In this document: one piece after another, positions 27,772 to 40,720 of the stretch
How the letters are laid out: each line of letters begins with the position of its first letter
Position numbering within the stretch: the first letter of the stretch is position 1
NCBI RefSeq assembly: GCF_026210795.1
Contig: NC_089432.1
Coordinates: forward strand, 1,426,001 to 1,490,000
Length of the DNA: 64,000 bases
Reading direction: 5' to 3'
From: Rhizophagus irregularis
Taxonomy: Eukaryota
Notes under the pieces: generated by a model
What the model was told of the DNA's origin: nothing
Databases searched by the model: none
What the model saw: only the letters and a program-made list of their open reading frames with translations
Program-made: the position numbers and the translations under genes

Positions 27772-28007
27772 AACAAGATGAATCCGAATTTATTGAATCA
27801 CGAATCACTATATATTTGCTTGAAGAATTTATTGATTTTTTTTAAAAAACATTATTGTAATTTTAATGTTAATAGTTATTCACATAACTTATTACAATAT
27901 TTTGATTATCTGTCTCTAAAAAAAATCTTTTGATGAAAAACAAATTTTCTTAAATCTTGCATCTGATTGAAATTTATAAGAATTCATTATTATAAACAGC
28001 AGCAACT

Positions 28008-31000
28008 ATGGGTGCTATTCTTTCAAAAGCATTAAAATTAATATTCTCTGTTGGCTGTGTTGGTACGTAATGTTAAACAAGTTTGGGTCCAAAATTTTAT
28101 TATACTCTACTAATTTCTATTTAATTTTACTATATGTATATAGTCGCTGGACTGGCTATGTATTGTTTTGATAAACCTATGCCTATTTCTTTTCCTGGTG
28201 TGTCCGGTGGTTCCCTAAGTACTATCTTTATTTCAGCTGGGATTTCTGGAGTTTTAGCTTGTCTCTTTAATAATAAGTGTACATGGTTTGAATTGTTTAA
28301 AGAAATGTGTAAGGGTGCGCTTACTGGCATAATTTCAACTTTTTCAAGTGAAATTGCTGGAAATATAGCACATAGATTAGCGTTTTCAGATTGTGCGGTA
28401 AAATTTATGAAAACTTTCGCCAGTTCTTGTTCATCAATTATATTTAGGCACTATTCTGATGGAAACAAAAAACCGTTAACTATTAAAGAGTTTATTCCTA
28501 CATTCTTTTACAGTATATTGTCCTATGGAATAAACTTTGGACATGAAGCAATATATAAAAAGACTGTCGAATCCGCCACGGACTTGTACCAAAAAACCAA
28601 ATTACAACTGGGTGAATCCGGTTCCATTATCGACTTGTCTTATCATCTTAAAGATTGGCGCTCAAAGCAAACCTTCTTATCTCTCTCACTTCAACTTTGT
28701 GATAATCTTATAACTAAACTGAGCGTTAATTCAATAAAACAAGTGATTAGAAATAAAAAAGTGAAGATAAATCAAACTCCTCAAGGTTATTCCATTATGT
28801 TTATGGAATCTTTAAAATCTACACTGGTTTCATTTGTTCAAACCGGTATCACTTATCATGAAGAAGTTGAAAATAAAGATAAACTTATTTACAACCTTGC
28901 AGAGATTGAGAAAAAAGGGTTAAACATCCAATGTGTTGATGATCAAAATTCTATTAGCTCGTTCAATGATCCAAAGAAAGTGGAGGAGCTCTTTACTAAA
29001 CCAGTTGAATTTGAACCGAGTGAAATCGATCCCGATTCTGACTCTGATGATAATAATTATACCAAAGCTAATAATATGAATGATAATAAAGCTAGCTTTA
29101 CAACATCAAAAACTCCAAATACTCGTGATAAGATCATCAATGGGTCACGTTCTTGGAACGAAGGTGCAAAAATTTATTCCACGAGAGATGCAATTGAAAC
29201 TTTCCGATTTCAATATGAAAGACATAATAATAACGTTGCTTATGAGTCTGGTGATGATGTTGATCAAACTCCAACTAGTTATGAATATGTGTACGTTAAT
29301 GTTCGTTCAAATAGCAGTTTACCCGTATCCACATCATCTTCGACCAATAAGGATAGTGGTAAAAAAGGGAAATTCAAAGCTACAAATGAAAGTTCCGATT
29401 TGTTTCTATCTAATCAAGATAATCAATATTTTACTAAGAAGCAAAATCTACCTGAGGTAGTAAATGAAGCGAGCACACATTTAGGAGTTAAACTTCATCC
29501 GATAATCTGTTGGGATGCAGATAAACAAAAGTATATCTTTTCAGACCCGAACGAATGGCCGGCTTTCCCTCATAAAGCCAAAGTCATCGGATTCGTTGGG
29601 ACAAAAAAGTCTGGACGTACTACAGCAATTCATAGTCTCTTATTCGAATTGGGTTACTTTTTAACTGAAGATCAGCTAGCGAAGTCATTATTACCAATTG
29701 GTGTAATGATGTACGTTCTGAAAAAACATGACTTAATATTTCTGGACTGTTGTGATATTGCAGATTCTTCCATAGATAAAGCCGGAAATCTTGTAAAGTT
29801 TCAATCTTTTTATCTTTCTTGCAATAATTATTTGTTCAATGAGTTAATTCTCCTTAATAATACGTTTTTCTCAACAGCTTTCAGGATATCTACTTGAATT
29901 CTTTACCTATATGGCTTCCTGTCACTTAGTCATTCACACGGCAATTCCTGCAAAGAAAGAAGGTGACCGATCTATGTTTTCAGAAACACTTACTGATTAT
30001 ATTCATGCAAAGGCAAAACTTCAACTATTGTGGTCCAATACAATTCAAACATTTGGACCATCAATGCTCACTGTCCTAGTTCGCGGTACAAAACAACAGT
30101 GTGAGGAAATGGACTTAGATAAAATCAATTTATTTTCTTCTCAATCAAACAATGATGAATATGACAAAATCGTATTTACGCATGGATTTCAAGATTCTAA
30201 AGCATTTACCTGGCAGTACATCCCCGAAGAAATGATAACTGTGCGAACTCTTGCAAATGACAAATTTGCAGTTCCTTCGGCAATTCTAAGGCGTGTGAAA
30301 GATGAAACTGAGCCTCATGGACTTTCTATAAGTGTGCAAGCTATTATGGAGGGAATTACTGTTGGTGAATGTGTAGCTAATAATGAAAATCTGAAACCTT
30401 TTTATAATAGAGTTGAAGCAAATTGGAAATATCTCTTTAATATAATTATGTCTAATAGTATACTTGCTCAAAGTGTTGCTGATTTTATTAATTATGAAAC
30501 GATTAAAGAAGCCGATGACAAAACAGGTGGTTTAATTCAAGAATACATCGAATCAGTAAATAATCTTGTCAAATACGTAAGAACAAATATAATTATTATG
30601 TTACTTTCTTAACTCGTACATACTGTTAACTTACAATATCAATTAATCAACTTCAATTCAATTAGTCAGCATCTCAAGGGTCAGCGTTAGAAACCAATTT
30701 CAGAGCAATGTGCGAAGACTTTAAGAATCGAATGGATATTGAAATGAATAAACCCAATGACGAACAAGATCCTACCATTGGCTTCAAATTAAATATTGAA
30801 ATTGCAAAGTGTCTTCTTGAAAGGTAAGCCAACTTTTTCTTTTGTAATCAAATTTTATGAACAAAAGTTTATAATATTTAATATACGTATGTTTGAATAT
30901 TTTTAAATTCTTAGTTCGAAAACAGAGACTAATTTACAAATAAAAGAAAATTTGATATCGTGGGGTCTTCATGGCCTAACGCTGATCCATAATCGTTCAA

Positions 31001-33051
31001 CACCTAAAGTTCTTGAGCATACATGGATGAAGCTTTGTATCAAGACGTATAACATACTTGAAATCTTGAACGATCCCGTTATTTACAATGTTCATTGGCA
31101 CTGTTGGAACTTTTTATCATTTGCCAGCTCTTGTGGTTTTAAATTGGAACTTATTGGATGGAAAATACTGGAGCGTGCATTGCAATGTCTCAAAACATCA
31201 GCTAATAAACCTCAATTTCACTTTCATGTTCTCAAATGTTTTCTTAAATTTCTTGAGACTGAACCTTATCTTCCAGTAATAATTAGTCCTTTGAATAATG
31301 ACATATCAAATCAAACTTCATCGTTACAATTAAATGAGGAACAATATTACCGACTTAAACAAATGACTTATTATGGAATAATGGAATATTCGAAAAAGTG
31401 TGTTAGAGATGCTGCAGAAAGGCGAAAGCCGACTAATATGGAAAATTTTTTGGAAGATATTATGAATATTATTAACAAACAAATCAAAATTTTGATAAGT
31501 TCAGCATTAACATCATCTCACAATGAACCTTTCTCGATCTTACCTGAACATCAGCAGTTCGCTATTGTTAGTGTTGCATTGGAACGGTTAAACACCGATA
31601 TTGCTCTTTATGTCTCTAAATACATCTTTGGCGGTGAGGGATTAATCGATGTCTTTCTTCCAGATTCGCCTATTGAGGCATTGCAAGACTATCACGAAGC
31701 GGTTCGTAATTACAGATGGTTGCTTTTACAACGAATTGCTAGACTCCGAGATGATGAATGTACCCAAAACCTTATTGAAAATACTCTTTCTAGCGTCGTC
31801 GGTTTCTTAAAAAATTTGCCATATGATGAAGCATCCAAAAAATCTCATTCATATGCAGTTCTCTTCGCAAATGCCTTAATGTTTTCTGGAAATATCATGC
31901 AAAAACGTCAACAAGTCAAGAAGAAAAGTCAAGTAACATCATCGTTTTCCCGACAACCAATGACCATAAATGATATCAATAAAAAGAAGGAAAAGATTGA
32001 AAATGAAGAATATGGAGAGGTTCGCATAGAGTTACTTTTGCAAAAATGTTTTAGATCTGTATTACAAGAGTTTTTGCGTGGGTTGAAATCCAAAGATCAA
32101 AAAGAATATCTCAGCTCAGAAAAAGTTCGACATTATACACAATATGTTAATAACTTATTGTTCGCTCCTCATAATTCTCGAATTCAAGCCTTGTCTTTGG
32201 ACCAAATTTCTGTTGTTGAACGAAATATGCTTCGATTAATGACCTTTCAAATAATGGATCTTTATATAAAAACTCTTTGGAAACACGAGTTAGAAAAGGA
32301 GGAACCCGCCGTGTCAAATCAAATTTCAATCGTATATAACACACGAGCATCTTTGAGGTTATTGAATCGAATTTATTGGATGATAACTAAAAAAGATAAT
32401 ATTCAAGGACTTTCCATTATTTTCGGTTCTTCAACAAACACAACATCTGGGCAAAGTATTATTCATTCCCTTCCTTCTTCTAATGATGTGCATTCCTCGG
32501 AAATTCTAGCCGATGAAATGATCCAACGTATTGGCCTTAACAATTGGCAAAACCTTATAACTCTAACTTCCATTCCACGCATCCTATCTGATCATGCTTC
32601 TAAAATAGATCCTGATAATTCATTAAACTTTCGCGAGGCTATATTTGACGTGCGAGATGAAGCTTTAATCCTCCTTTGGAATCTTTCCGAGTGTAGTGGC
32701 GTCTCGCTTGGAGTATCAAAAAAGGTCATGACCGTCAATGATTTTCGATCAGCAAATGTGGTTGGTGAATTCTCAGACATGTCAACTTTTGATGAGGATG
32801 GAATAAATCGGATTAGATTCCTTGTCAATCGAGTCATAAGTCAGATATATACTGATACTACCACTGTTAATGCTGAGATTACAAATCAAGAACTACATAA
32901 TCGTTTTAGAATTGGCAAAATTAGAGCCATTGAATCGGCAAAACGTGTTACAATTTCTGAGAATATCGAAAAGCAAATGGAGGAGCAAAAATTAGAACCT
33001 GATTTTCAAGCAATGAAAGAGGCTAGATTAAGAAAATTTAATAACAAGTAA
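28008..33051 (+). CDS. About 1565-aa protein with N-myristoylation motif, glycine-rich hydrophobic N-terminus, degenerate GBP/atlastin-like GTPase module and helical C-terminus
   Basis: Exons 28008-28062, 28144-29792, 29878-30576, 30666-30823, 30915-33051 join in frame via GT-AG introns. Starts MGAILSK. Contains VIGFVGTKKSGRTT, LPIGVMMY, LIFLDCCD, YMASCHLVIH and PSMLTVLVRG in the order of GBP G-domain motifs. Gene structure is well supported; the family call is an inference. Confidence 0.75.
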
Positions 33052-33775
33052 CTTTTTAAATACGATATCCGTAGTTAGTAACAAAAATTTGCTTAAGACT
33101 ATACATATACAGTATATAAGTGCGTGATAAAAAGTCATAGCAGATATTCCACAAAAAATTCATTTTATTATTATAATCCCTTTAGTAATTAGAATTTTTT
33201 ATATTTATCGCAGTATGTACGACAGTAAAGTTTTATATTTCTTATTTCGTATTAATTAACCCAAATAAAGAAGAAAATATTTACACACTACATCCTGCAT
33301 AACGTCAACCAGCAACCCTTAAGTTTAGGACGTCCTTAATTATTGCTTATTTTAGGAAACTTAGAAATGTTTTATAAATAAAAATGTAAAAGCTACTTGT
33401 TAGTTAACACATTATATATGAACAATGTTTTTAAGTAATTATCCATATCAAAAGCTTTATATATTAATCTTAATTTGGTGTTGATGTAAATTTTCTTAGT
33501 ATAAAATATTATCGTAAGTCTTTATATTTTTAACTATATTTACCGAAACTTTTACCACAAATGTTTCTTTTTTTACGAAATTTACGTGATGTGTAATATC
33601 ATGTGATATTAAGATTGATTCTTTGATTTAACTGAATATTATGACATGCGCGATTTTGTTCATAATGGCTAAAGTATATGTTTATTGAACAACTAACAAA
33701 ATTATACAATTACTATAAATGAGAACTTCCTTATATAAATGACACTATATAAGATAAAATAATTTGCTCTTATAG

Positions 33776-36353
33776 TTAGATTTTAATTTGCTCTTTGATG
33801 CAATAGTTCAAATAAATAAAAATAAATGATTCTATAAATAATTCAAAAGCTTTCTCATAATCTTTACTAACCCCTTTCCCAGTTTTGTACATAAGCGCAA
33901 GATTAAATTTTGCCACAAAATGGCCTAAATTTACCGCTTTTTGATAAAATTCAACAGCCTTTTGTTTATTGAGACTAGTTCCAAGACCGTTCTTATAGAA
34001 ATATCCTAATTTAAATGCCCCTTCTACTACTTCTCGAGAAGATTCTTCATATAACTTGAAAGCTTTCTTATAATCTCTGTCAACACCCTCTCCATTTTCA
34101 TACATAAGGGCGAGATTATATTGGGATTTACTATGTCCCAAATTCGCTGCTTTTTGGTAGATTTCAGCCGCCTTTTGTTCGTCAACATTGGTTCCAATTC
34201 CATCACAATAATAGTATGCCAATGTAAACATTCCCTCTAAATATCCCCCTTCGGCTGATTTTTTACATAATTCAAAGGCCTCTTCATAATCTTTTTCTAC
34301 GCCTTCACCACTTTCATACATAAGCGCAAGGATATATTGAGCTCTATTATGTCCCAAATTTGCTGCTTTTTGATAGAACACAATTGCCTTTTTTTTATTG
34401 CTACAAGTTCCTATTCCGTTACGATAACAATATCCTAACATTGCTATTCCGTTTATATGTTCTCCTTCAGCCGATTTTTGAAATAACTGAAAAGCTTTGT
34501 TATAATCCTTAGCAACTCCTTCTCCATCCTTATACATACGAGCAAGATGAAATTGAGCTATATTATTTCCACTATTTGCAGCCTTTTCGTACCAATGAAA
34601 AGCCATGTTAAAATCTTTTTTTTTTCTATAATAAAAACCAATTCTTAATTGACCGGATGAGAAATTTTCATCGGCCGTTTTTTTAAAATATTCCAAAGCC
34701 AATTCTTTGTCTTTCATAACTCCACGTCCATAATGATAGCATAATCCAACATAATACTGTGCTAACATATGATTTTGTTTCGATGCTTCTTCAAATAATT
34801 TGAACGCCATTTTATAATCATCATTTGTTTTAATTCCGTAATAATTATAACACCCTCGTAAAAAGATAAGATGTGGTTCGTTTTGATCATTTAACCAGTT
34901 GTAAATTTCTTGTGAAGTAATGTTATGATTATTTTGATAATCAAAAATATTATTTTCAATTGGTTTTCCATTTTTTAGATTTTCATTAATAATAGAATCA
35001 ATTTCTTTAGTAGCTTTTTCAAATAAATTTATATTAGTATTAGATTCTACTATGTTATTAAAATTTTGATGGTCAATCAATTGAGAACCAGCACTAGATT
35101 GTTCATCTGATGATTGAACATCTGGTTTAACGACTTCTGGAATAATTATATTTGGTCGATATAAATCATATAATCGAAAAGCTACTTGGGTTATTTCTGG
35201 GCGATTATCTGGATCATGATCCCAACATTCTAAAAAAGAAAAAAAAGGAAATTAAAAAAAAAATTATTTTTTCGATAAATCAAGAATTTTATATCATTAA
35301 TCAAAAATAACATATTTACCAGTAAAAATATTTTTATAAACTTCGGGCGTATCCGGAATAATCTTTTCTCTACCACCCCCTAAGATGTCCAGTAGTAATG
35401 GTAATGAAGTTGGATTTACTTTTTCAAAAGGTGGTCGACCGCTTGAAATCTCCCACAAAAGTACACCAATACTATATATATCACTCTTTTTGTTTAAACG
35501 ATACGTATTGTCATGAAGCTTTTGGGGATCGATATAAGCTAGTATACCATATATCTCCGAGTGTGCTTCAGATACATCATTGACTCTTCTGGATAATCCA
35601 AAATCAGCCAATTTAATGGAAGTTTGATGAATTAATATGTTTTTTGAATGCTAATAATAAGTTAAATAAAATAAAATAAATCAAAAATGAAAATAATTAA
35701 TAAAACAATTATAAACGAACCATAAAATTGTTTAATAAAAATAAAATTACCAAGTCAAGATGCATAATTCCTTCATAATGCAAATATGATACGGCACAAG
35801 ATAATTGGTATGCCAATTTGAACTTGAATTCCCATGTAAGATTTTTATTTTTTTCCAAATATGAACGAAGGGTACCATTATCAGCATACTCCATTACCAA
35901 TAAATAATTATCTTTTTCTAATATTAAAAGCAATTTAATTAATGAGTTTACCAAGTTGGAAAATATACGTCTTTAAGAATATTAATTTTTTATACCTTGA
36001 ACTGCAGTTCCAAAAAAACGAATAATATTTTCATGATAATTGACGTAATGATGAATTTTAAACTATATTATAGATATAATAAATAATACTGCATATTAAT
36101 AAATAATTTTAGTATTAAAATAGTTTAGTTACCTCGTTGACGATTTTTTTGATATTCTCAGTGATATTTATATTAAATGATTTTAATGCATATTTCACCG
36201 CTGAATTATTCCGAATTGCACAATAAACCTTTCCGTAGGAACCATTTGTTTCATTTCACTAAAATCTTCGTAATCGAAAAGTTTAATAAGACCTTTTGAT
36301 ATTGCATCTTCAAACCAATTAACATCTTCATTCGAATGGATGACAGCTTGCAT
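33776..36353 (-). pseudogene. TKL-type protein kinase with C-terminal Sel1-like repeats; exon 1 frameshifted
   Basis: Exons 36353-36133, 36062-35996, 35917-35751, 35650-35320, 35229-33776. Motifs LVMEYADNGTL, HLDL|HSKN, ADFGLS, KSDIYSIGVLLWEISSGRPPF, CWDHDPDNRP and multiple Sel1 repeats (AQYNLALMYENGEGV). A 7-nt deletion relative to the paralog near 36245 shifts the frame just before the Gly-rich loop. Confidence 0.85.
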
Positions 36354-37089
36354 TTCGGTGTAATCGTTTATGTGCAGTATAATAGAAAAGGTAATAAAAT
36401 AAAATAAAAAGAAAATGACCATTTATATGTAATTGTGCATGTGATTCTATTGATTTATCGGACTTTTTAGAATGTTCACATTCCTTATCCTACGGATAAT
36501 AAATAATTATAACCTGAATTTACTAAATTTATATGCGGTACCGCTTCAACTATTTCTAAATAAAAACTTCGGAGTTCTTTTATAAATTTAGGTTGGATCC
36601 ATATAAGACCATATTCGTGCTTGTACGCCTTACAACCTGTATAATCTCGTCGATCAAATATAATTTAAGGATAGCGCATAATAAGATGAGTACGATTAAA
36701 ATGATTCGCGTGAAAACATTATTTATTTACGCTCTACCTTTCTTTAATACAAATTATAGTTAATGCATTGAATTCAATAAATTGTTCTATAAGTTAACCA
36801 TAGTTGTTTGAACTTTATTCTTCAGTTAGCTTGGAGCTGAATAACTTTAATTATAGCATCGTTTTTAACTAATTTGATCATCATACTAACAATATATGGT
36901 TAGTTTGATCCTAAGTATGGCTTAGACTTTTATAAAACTATATATGCTTAAGCTTAGATTTAGAATATGCTTCAAGCTTCCGCAGCCGGCTTTCCAGGTT
37001 AATCAGCATGCTCCATAATTGAAAAATATTTTCAACTGACTATTTTGATTTTCTAATTTAAAATAATTAATTTTATTAATTTTCTTTTA

Positions 37090-37410
37090 GAATTATCTTT
37101 GTTTGTAACTCCAAAAAGCGAATGATGTTCTCAGAATTGACTTTACAATGAAATTCAAGCTAAATTAAAAATGTAAAGATATGTAAACATTAAATAATAT
37201 AAATAAAAATATTATATCACTTATTTTTAATTACCTCATTACCTCATTAATGATTTCTTTTATAGTGATATTGTTAAGATTAATTAATTTCAACACAAAA
37301 TATTTTCTGCGTTCCAATTAATCTAATTTTTTTAATATTCTAAAAATCTTTATAATATTTTATATAATTTTTAGAAATAAAATTCTTCAAACCATTCATT
37401 CGAATTCATG
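37090..37410 (-). pseudogene. Highly degraded 5' remnant of another TKL kinase gene
   Basis: Reverse strand reads NEWFEE..ISKNYIKYY, ..KEIINE|gt and LEFHCKVN..NII..FGVTNKDN, homologous to exons 1-2 of the neighbouring kinases, with several indels. Confidence 0.55.
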
Positions 37411-37945
37411 GTAACAACTTGTTTTTAGTCTTACCAGATATTATAATAATAAATAAAGTGGAAAATTTTAATTTAAGCTTTTTTATTAGTGTAGTACTGC
37501 AGGCTAATCACCAATGATCTGAACAAAAAAAAAGTAAGCTTTGGATTGAATATTCCCTGATGTGTATGGTTAAATCACACAATAGAAAATAAAAATTAAA
37601 TTGTAATTTAATCAATTTAATCGCTTATTAAATTTCATCAAAAACTATGTCTTCAAATGCTGAAATAACTATGGATGTAGATTATCAAGGAAATTATGAA
37701 GACGCAAATTGGGATAAAGTTTTATATTTAGTAAAACTTTTAAATCTTTAATTTACCTTAATACAATGGTATGATTACTTTAAAAATATGCCTGGAAACT
37801 CATACTTAAAATTAGAAAAGTAAGAAAACCATTATTGTGATTTAATTCCTCCTATTAGTTCTATATCAAATATAGCTCATATTATACCAGATTTTAATAT
37901 TAATAATGGTTATTTTATTAATAAATATATTTTTTAATAACTATA

Positions 37946-38981
37946 CAGTGACACCTCTCTAAGTGCACCCCCCTTGGGACCATAGTAAAAAAATAGTAGA
38001 ATGTGCACTTAGAGAGGGTGTGCATTTATAGAGAGTAGGGTCGGATTCGGTCGGGTTTGGAGAATATATCCGACTCGACCCGGCAAAAATAGAAATGATC
38101 CGATTTTAACCCAACCCGAGTATATTTAATTCGAATAACCCGGGTTAAACCCGAAATTTTAGTAATTTTCATTGCTGTATGCTTAGTAATATATCAAAAA
38201 TATTTTTTCAAACATAATTTCTTCAATAACGCAAGATAATTGATCTAAAAGATGATCATATAGGTCACACAACTTTTTATTATTAAAATTAAAGCTAAGC
38301 ACGAATTTAAAGATATCTTCAATTCCTGTTTATTTATTGCTTTATATTTGAACTATAAAATCGAAATCGTATCACTTGCTTTAACAGAAATTTGACTATA
38401 TTTAATGTTTGCCAGGACTCTAAACACATATTGTATCTGCTTTAAGACTACATCTTTTTGCAGCTATCAAATCGGTTCCACTGGCAAATACTCTTTCTAC
38501 TGGAACGCTGGTTGCTTTATTAATTATCAAAATCAACTTATTAGCTAATGTAATATTAATAATTAATAATAATAATTCATACACATATCTGTAATTGCAA
38601 GGTGTCTCTAGCAATTTTCGCTATACTACCTCATTCATCTAACAAAATTATATAAAATTAATCAATATTAACGCGTAATCAATATGTGATCAGTGATTTT
38701 AATGATTATCCGGGTCTAATTCGGGTCAAAACCCGAGTCAAGGAAATGAATAACCCGACCCGACGGGTCGGGTCATGCGGGTCACGGGTTATTAAAATTG
38801 TTAGTACCGACCCGATTTAAAATTCACTCGGGTTGAATTATCCGGGTTAGACCCGAATTTTGCGGAGCACTAAGTAAAATATTAAGAGCTCTTATAAGTT
38901 GGGATCAGGTCCACCGTGCACTTAAAGAGAATTTATATAGTGCGTGCACTTATAGAGGGTGCACTTATAGAGGTGTCACTG
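37946..38981. mobile_element. Tc1/mariner (pogo-like) non-autonomous element hosting a nested hAT remnant
   Basis: 25-bp TIR CAGTGACACCTCTCTAAGTGCACCC / GGGTGCACTTATAGAGGTGTCACTG (1 mismatch), TA TSD on both sides, repeated GTGCACTTA subterminal motifs. Confidence 0.88.
38036..38872 (-). mobile_element. Internally deleted hAT-family element nested in the Tc1/mariner element
   Basis: hAT dimerisation-domain remnant ATSVPVERVFASGTDLIAAKRCSLKADTI (about 38430-38516, minus). Clusters of ACCCG/CGGGT subterminal motifs at both ends. One end reads TAGTGCTCCGC on the minus strand; the other end appears damaged and no TSD was found. Confidence 0.7.
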
Positions 38982-39226
38982 TAAATATTATAATAAAATG
39001 TATTTGTTAACAAATATATAGATGAATTTTACTTTCTATGTAATGATACAGTATATTGAAAAGTAATTATGATTTTGTTAATTACCATATTTACTAAATT
39101 AATATTTTTCCAATACTAATTATATTAAATATATTTGATATTTAAACAAAATCTTAACACTAATTTAGTAATAAAAAGATTTTAAAGATGAGTTGATGTT
39201 TATTAATTTGGATATAATAATATTAT

Positions 39227-39411
39227 CCCTATAAAAAATTTATCCGTTATTCTGCAAAAACTCCGTAAGAATGAGCCTTTCACAGATCCATTCACGGAAA
39301 ATGTAAATAAATCGATAAATTCCGTGATATAAGGTTATTAATTCCGGAAATATGAGCCTTTTGCGGAAAAAAAATGGAATATAAAAAAACGGATCGACTT
39401 TTTTTACAGGG
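39227..39411. mobile_element. Possible short degenerate MITE
   Basis: Imperfect IR CCCTATAAAAAATTTATCCGTT / AACGGATCGACTTTTTTTACAGGG, with internal TCCG/CGGA motifs. Confidence 0.4.
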
Positions 39412-39824
39412 TATATGTTAGTTTTTGAATCTATAGCCATTTATATAAATTAAAAGTACTATTTTAGAATTAGCTGATAATAATTCAATTTGAACAATAA
39501 AAGTTAATACCAATAAAATAAATTTATTTTCCAGTTAACAGTTAAGTAATGTGATAAATTTGAAAATGATCGGCAAATTTCATGTGATAAAATAGCATTT
39601 AAGCTTTACAATGTGGAATGCTTTATTTATATATGTTACAAAAATTTTATATTAGGACATAAAAACGTTAAAAAGAACATAAATAGTTATAGAATTATGA
39701 ATAAAAAAGTCTGCCATGTGTAACATTATAATTTTGCTTGATATGATTTTTAAATAATACGAAAGCAATAAGGCACGGAAGTATGTATGTAATTGTTTTA
39801 ATGCCCTTCGTCATGTCGAATATG

Positions 39825-40118
39825 TCCTGACGCAATAAATAATGTTCATTTATTGATAAGCAAAGAACTGTTAAATTAACTAAAAACAATGAACAGTAAA
39901 TTCTTACATTTCTTGGAAGAGCCGGAATAGCTGGAAGTGTCGGTGGTAAGGGAGGGCGTGGAACTGGAACTGTAAGTGGAAGAGTTGGAAGTGCTGGAAG
40001 AGACGCTGGTTGAGTCGGAACAGATGTATGCTACATCTCTTGCTGCTTCATATGCGCGCTGCTTTTGTACAACAGCGTCTGCCGCCTTTTGTGCTGCTTG
40101 TTTTGCTTGCGATGACAT
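39825..40118 (-). CDS. Small (about 70 aa) protein with an Ala/Gln helix and Ser/Thr-rich tail; stop codon probably split by an intron
   Basis: GC-rich ORF MSSQAKQAAQKAADAVVQKQRAYEAARD...SGSSKK. Donor GTAAG at 39907, candidate acceptor at 39827; splicing gives T|GA stop. Confidence 0.5.
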
Positions 40119-40204
40119 AGTAGTACTGTAAGTTTATCTTTTATAGCAGAAAAACTAATGAAAATTTGAAAGTTTGCAAAGAGGAAGGCCAGCTATATAA
40201 GCAA

Positions 40205-40720
40205 ATGAATTTCGAATTTAGCATTTGATTCATTTGATTCAAACGGAATTTCGGATTTAGCATTTGATTCATTTGGTTCAAACGGAATTTCGGATTTAAC
40301 ATTTGATTCATTTGATTCAAACGGAATTTCGAATTTAGCATTTGATTCATTTGATTCAAACGGAATTTCGGATTTAACATTTGATTCATTTGATTCAAAC
40401 GGAATTTCGTATTTTAGCATTTGATTCATTTGATTCAAACGGAATTTCGGATTTAGCATTTGATTCATTTGATTCAAACGGAACTTCGAATTTAGCATTT
40501 GATTCATTTGATTCAAACGGAACTTCGAATTTAGCATTTGATTCAATGAAATAGCATTGAAATTTCGAATTTAGCATTTGATAAATGAAATAGCATTGAA
40601 ATTTCGAATTTAGCATTTGATTCAAATGAAAAGCATTGAAATTTCAAATTTGGCATTTGATTCAAACGAAATAGCATTGAAATTTCAAATTTAGCATTTG
40701 ATTCAAATCGAAATTTCGTT
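40205..40720. repeat. 39-bp minisatellite (about 13 units, two unit types)
   Basis: About 9 copies of TTCG(A/G)ATTTAGCATTTGATTCATTTGATTCAAACGGAA(T/C), then about 4 variant units containing GAAATAGCATTGAAAT. Confidence 0.95.

Noticed and set aside
40141..40625. ORFs of repeated MNQMNQMLNPKFRL / FESNESNAKSEIP
   Set aside because: These are translations of the 39-bp minisatellite in several frames with no unique coding context.
40205..40720. CRISPR-like array
   Set aside because: Units are head-to-tail with no unique spacers, there are no cas genes, and the context is eukaryotic.
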